This document shows, in pieces, positions 34,001 to 35,852 of a stretch of DNA of 35,852 nucleotides. The notes under the pieces were generated by a model. It did no database searches and had not been told where the DNA came from. It worked only from the letters and a program-made list of their open reading frames with translations. Every line of letters begins with the position of its first letter. The stretch's first letter is position 1. Origin of the DNA: Euryarchaeota archaeon UBA501. Lineage in GTDB: Archaea; Thermoplasmatota; Poseidoniia; Poseidoniales; Thalassarchaeaceae. The stretch is from contig DAVT01000079.1 in assembly GCA_002505685.1 (NCBI GenBank), forward strand, positions 1-35,852. The letters are read 5' to 3'. Position numbers and translations under genes: made by a program.

Positions 34001-35852
34001 AAACAATTTCATCATGTACGTCTGCGACTTCTTCGGGCGATAATGCAGTTTCCCAAATTTGAACTTCGTCAATCACGCCTGCGAAATGTGTGTTGCCGGC
34101 CCTGTTAACACCAAATTTGTAGATTTCAATGCTATTCACTGACCCGTTTGGCACACTCTGATTGAGAATCTCAACCCCATTCATGTAAAGTGTGATTGTA
34201 TCGTTTTCAAATGTGGCCACAAGGTGTTGCCAAGCGGTGGGATCCACAGTACCAAAACTGTACGAATTGTTGTGATACAATTCCCAATTACCTGGATTGC
34301 CTCCACTGGTTTGGAACTGGAACGAATCATCATCGCCAGCCACATCGTTCACTGCAATCACCGAAGAATGTCGTGATTGGCCGCTGTGATTTGCCTGAAC
34401 CCATATGCTAACTGTGAAGTCAGATACAGTATCTTCTACATCGACTCTTGCTTCATCATCAATTCCATCAAAGAACGCACAATTGCCCAAAACACAATTT
34501 CTCCACTGGGTACCATTGGTTCCAGAGAAATTGAGGTGTGCATTGCCAACGGAATCGTTGGCTTGATCACCACTGGATTCCTCAAAATCCCAGTAATGCA
34601 TCAATGCATTTTCTCTAACAGGGTAGCTACTCCCTCTAGTGAGAACATTGGTTGGAACGGTTTGCTTTGAGACCCCAGGGCCCTCCCATTTCAATTGCAG
34701 ACCCGCATGTCCACCATGCTCGAAAAATTCGGTTCGCAATTCATGCTCACCAGCCTCTAACCAAACTACACCCGAGCGTTCTCGCATCCCATGGTGGCCT
34801 TGGTTGTCGACAATTTCTACATCGTCAATCCACAATTTACCTCCATCATCACTACTGAGGTAGAAGGTCCAATTACCATCGCTGGGGATGTGGATGATAC
34901 CGGTATGCCGGGCACTCCAATAATCGAGAAAACGACTGTCCAAACCAGTCCATAGGCTGGTGGTTGCCGGCCAATCGATGTTTGGTTCATGGCGAACAAA
35001 ATCAGGTGTTCGGCCAGAGAGATTAACCATCGTGCTTACATTGTAACTGACTCCATTGTTGTCAAAGTACTCTGCGAGGAGACCATTTGTTGTAGATGCG
35101 TCACTTGCTCCACATGGAGCATCTTCCAACCGTCCTTCCATTGCCGCATTCCCATCGCGTTTGGTTTCGGTTTGCCGCGTCCACCACCACTGCTCCCCTG
35201 GTGATAGAGAGGGGCCTACACCATCCCAATGCCGGGAACCTGTTGCCCAACTCCCATCTGAAGTATCGTATCCTGAATTTGGCAACTCATTGTTCGCCCA
35301 TGCACCATCGTTGCTACCCCAAGATGCGTACATTGAAACATTCGACATACCACTCAAGAAGGTTGAGTTTTGGTTGAAGTGCACTGGGAATCCAATTTCA
35401 TTCAAGGATTCATTCGTCGTGTAAAGTAAATCGTTCCACCACTTGTATCCCGATCCATTTCTATTGGTTGCCAAATCCAAAACACTCAGTCCATGTTGCC
35501 CAAAGCTATTGCTTGCCTTGGTAATCAAGCCCAATGCCGTTTGAACATCGTATCCTGTTAACCTAGTTACTAGATAGTATCCTTGCTCATCTCGATCAAA
35601 GGCCTTCATCGTATTCCCTGCCGCCAATCCGTAGTTTGATTCAGCGTACATATCGCCAAAAATTGCTGACATGTATGTTCCATTGATTAGAGATAATTCA
35701 GAATCGAATGAAGCTCTGGAATTTTGCCCTCCATTCACCTTCAATGGAATACCTTTTGTCGTTACTAAGACATTGATTTCAGTCAAATTCCGTTGTGCAA
35801 TCATGTTCGAGATTGGTTCAGAAAAGAATTGTGTGAATTGATTGGAGTTGAT
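31026..35852 (-). CDS. Giant type-I membrane-anchored surface protein (5'-partial): TIGR03790-like domain interrupted by PA14 and LamG/ConA-like domains, Ig-like repeats, TM, acidic cytoplasmic tail
   Basis: 1592 aa from the first Met, but the frame stays open to the window edge (no stop in 35805-35852), so the N-terminus is missing. PA14 region: GLLAEYFDNNG...WSARHTGIIHIPSDGNWTFYLSSDDGGKLWIDD...GLQLKWEGPG. LamG region: LMHYWDFEE...DFTVSIWV...TLYMNGV...IDEVQIWETALSPEEV. TM IVIGTTVAILLLVIIFTTMLF (31281-31343), then an 84-aa acidic tail. Confidence 0.85.
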   Translation of the reverse strand: MNSNQFTQFFSEPISNMIAQRNLTEINVLVTTKGIPLKVNGGQNSRASFDSELSLINGTYMSAIFGDMYAESNYGLAAGNTMKAFDRDEQGYYLVTRLTGYDVQTALGLITKASNSFGQHGLSVLDLATNRNGSGYKWWNDLLYTTNESLNEIGFPVHFNQNSTFLSGMSNVSMYASWGSNDGAWANNELPNSGYDTSDGSWATGSRHWDGVGPSLSPGEQWWWTRQTETKRDGNAAMEGRLEDAPCGASDASTTNGLLAEYFDNNGVSYNVSTMVNLSGRTPDFVRHEPNIDWPATTSLWTGLDSRFLDYWSARHTGIIHIPSDGNWTFYLSSDDGGKLWIDDVEIVDNQGHHGMRERSGVVWLEAGEHELRTEFFEHGGHAGLQLKWEGPGVSKQTVPTNVLTRGSSYPVRENALMHYWDFEESSGDQANDSVGNAHLNFSGTNGTQWRNCVLGNCAFFDGIDDEARVDVEDTVSDFTVSIWVQANHSGQSRHSSVIAVNDVAGDDDSFQFQTSGGNPGNWELYHNNSYSFGTVDPTAWQHLVATFENDTITLYMNGVEILNQSVPNGSVNSIEIYKFGVNRAGNTHFAGVIDEVQIWETALSPEEVADVHDEIVWICPSFNTTNNSIAYVEQRFEIDSELSEHAWIMDGYSMREGWVEGDWWLEVEAYDQNGNSVSLNRSQERGFSDDWQSRQLRFRPGMNATELAVRQVAEFSDGTYNGSIFFDTLKLYPIRPHFEWLDGSIAETAVSTGGRTFVMNSSYGQSLVSDLLDDGVSGVKGYVYEPYLTAVSNPEQLLSCYASGFTISECYAASNVQLSWMGTVIGDPKMAAYSDRLHDINVSEVVVPNRLSEGENGTIEVLLENLAPGVANGYLEIRERLNYVLLANVSVVVPGGNEVGSRLVLPVNVTPTRDGDSELLIRWIPAHLSPERIVDNNLKSLVIGINGPPVIEDTTCYTTTATRGGIIICQVDVSDDFGIASATVSWRYNGTNDSSNTSISASPQNDGTVWKIGISIPVDAPLVRVDLQWVIVDLQNQTAEVNWDSAFQIIDARATWFGVHVSNADLEPWLGFNQPIFGQEGWIRGEEHVMTACVIDTDHNNETERPTILVDGVELTPPVQSSFSGEKTCYETTWTPETGGDLQPVSVVLLVGDVEWSNRSLNPFDLPPIAELHISEQNHLDGGGDQIFIVVSDPDDPDIEYDLNSSILWPGAGLQLLEEEIVTAPAGLEPGDAEISTQIRGGKWDGMEWSWTRPVFLSPPQISTPTLCVDDLSVDSINRGAEGVDIWIGVAGGRPVQNAGMRLDPNGPLSNSLSSIFFELGTPPTSCAPGTGQETHYYRLNLEPNYLLTWPLGSVELQVNLRDIDGITGLSETLIFELRGSKPELDFTRMPREFVSGNSSTLIVEIIDADGIQNMECSVLLKDQDDITLYSQIFIPSTDGLWTLDWAPPGTDAANHTLYFACLDETSLSVTESVVIHSQKANVNPLDEQNSSQQGSGDESYEIVIGTTVAILLLVIIFTTMLFSRSKEEFIEEIEQLPDEAWAGQDRMESDERLAEMAGISDTENVGWSDEELLGSGWTQEQIDIYRAEQENVDTQEAEILSIMEEE

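Noticed and set aside
1-35852. Search for rRNA, tRNA, IS elements, integrases, toxin-antitoxin pairs or known defence genes
   Set aside because: I recognised none. Intergenic gaps are mostly shorter than 150 nt, and the two long ones (7583-7861, 30564-31025) show no cloverleaf-like or transposase-related features by eye. A covariance-model scan would be needed to be sure.

Overview
This window is a compact, almost fully coding chromosomal segment that looks archaeal. The archaeal evidence is a two-ring Cdc48/VAT ATPase, an MC1-type chromatin protein, a TtuA/NcsA-type tRNA thiolase, and operons punctuated by GGAGGTGA Shine-Dalgarno motifs. A marine planktonic euryarchaeon (Thermoplasmatota / Marine Group II-like) is my guess only, based on the very large, acidic, sequon-rich surface proteins.

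Housekeeping genes: pyrB-pyrI, an sdhC-A-B operon with a single membrane anchor, an aldehyde dehydrogenase, a CrtI-family desaturase, an SRPBCC+YfcH-like oxidoreductase fusion, and a GHMP sugar kinase.

I saw no rRNA, tRNA, CRISPR array, IS element or integrase.

The parts that deserve attention:
1. A Roadblock/LC7 gene is coupled to a 1076-aa protein (Roadblock-like + PATAN-like + long coiled coil) and a 2-TM protein, with no GTPase present.
2. A same-strand run encodes Cdc48, a PRC-barrel protein, a DUF4350-like protein, a DUF58 protein and a polytopic membrane protein, but lacks the usual MoxR ATPase.
3. A 5'-truncated giant surface protein of more than 1590 aa appears to have PA14 and LamG domains inserted into a TIGR03790-like domain.
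4. An unannotated 32-aa zinc-ribbon ORF.
5. A locally GC-rich MC1 gene with a hairpin+T7 terminator next to a 462-bp AT-rich non-coding tract.

All family assignments come from motif recognition by eye. None has been confirmed by a search.
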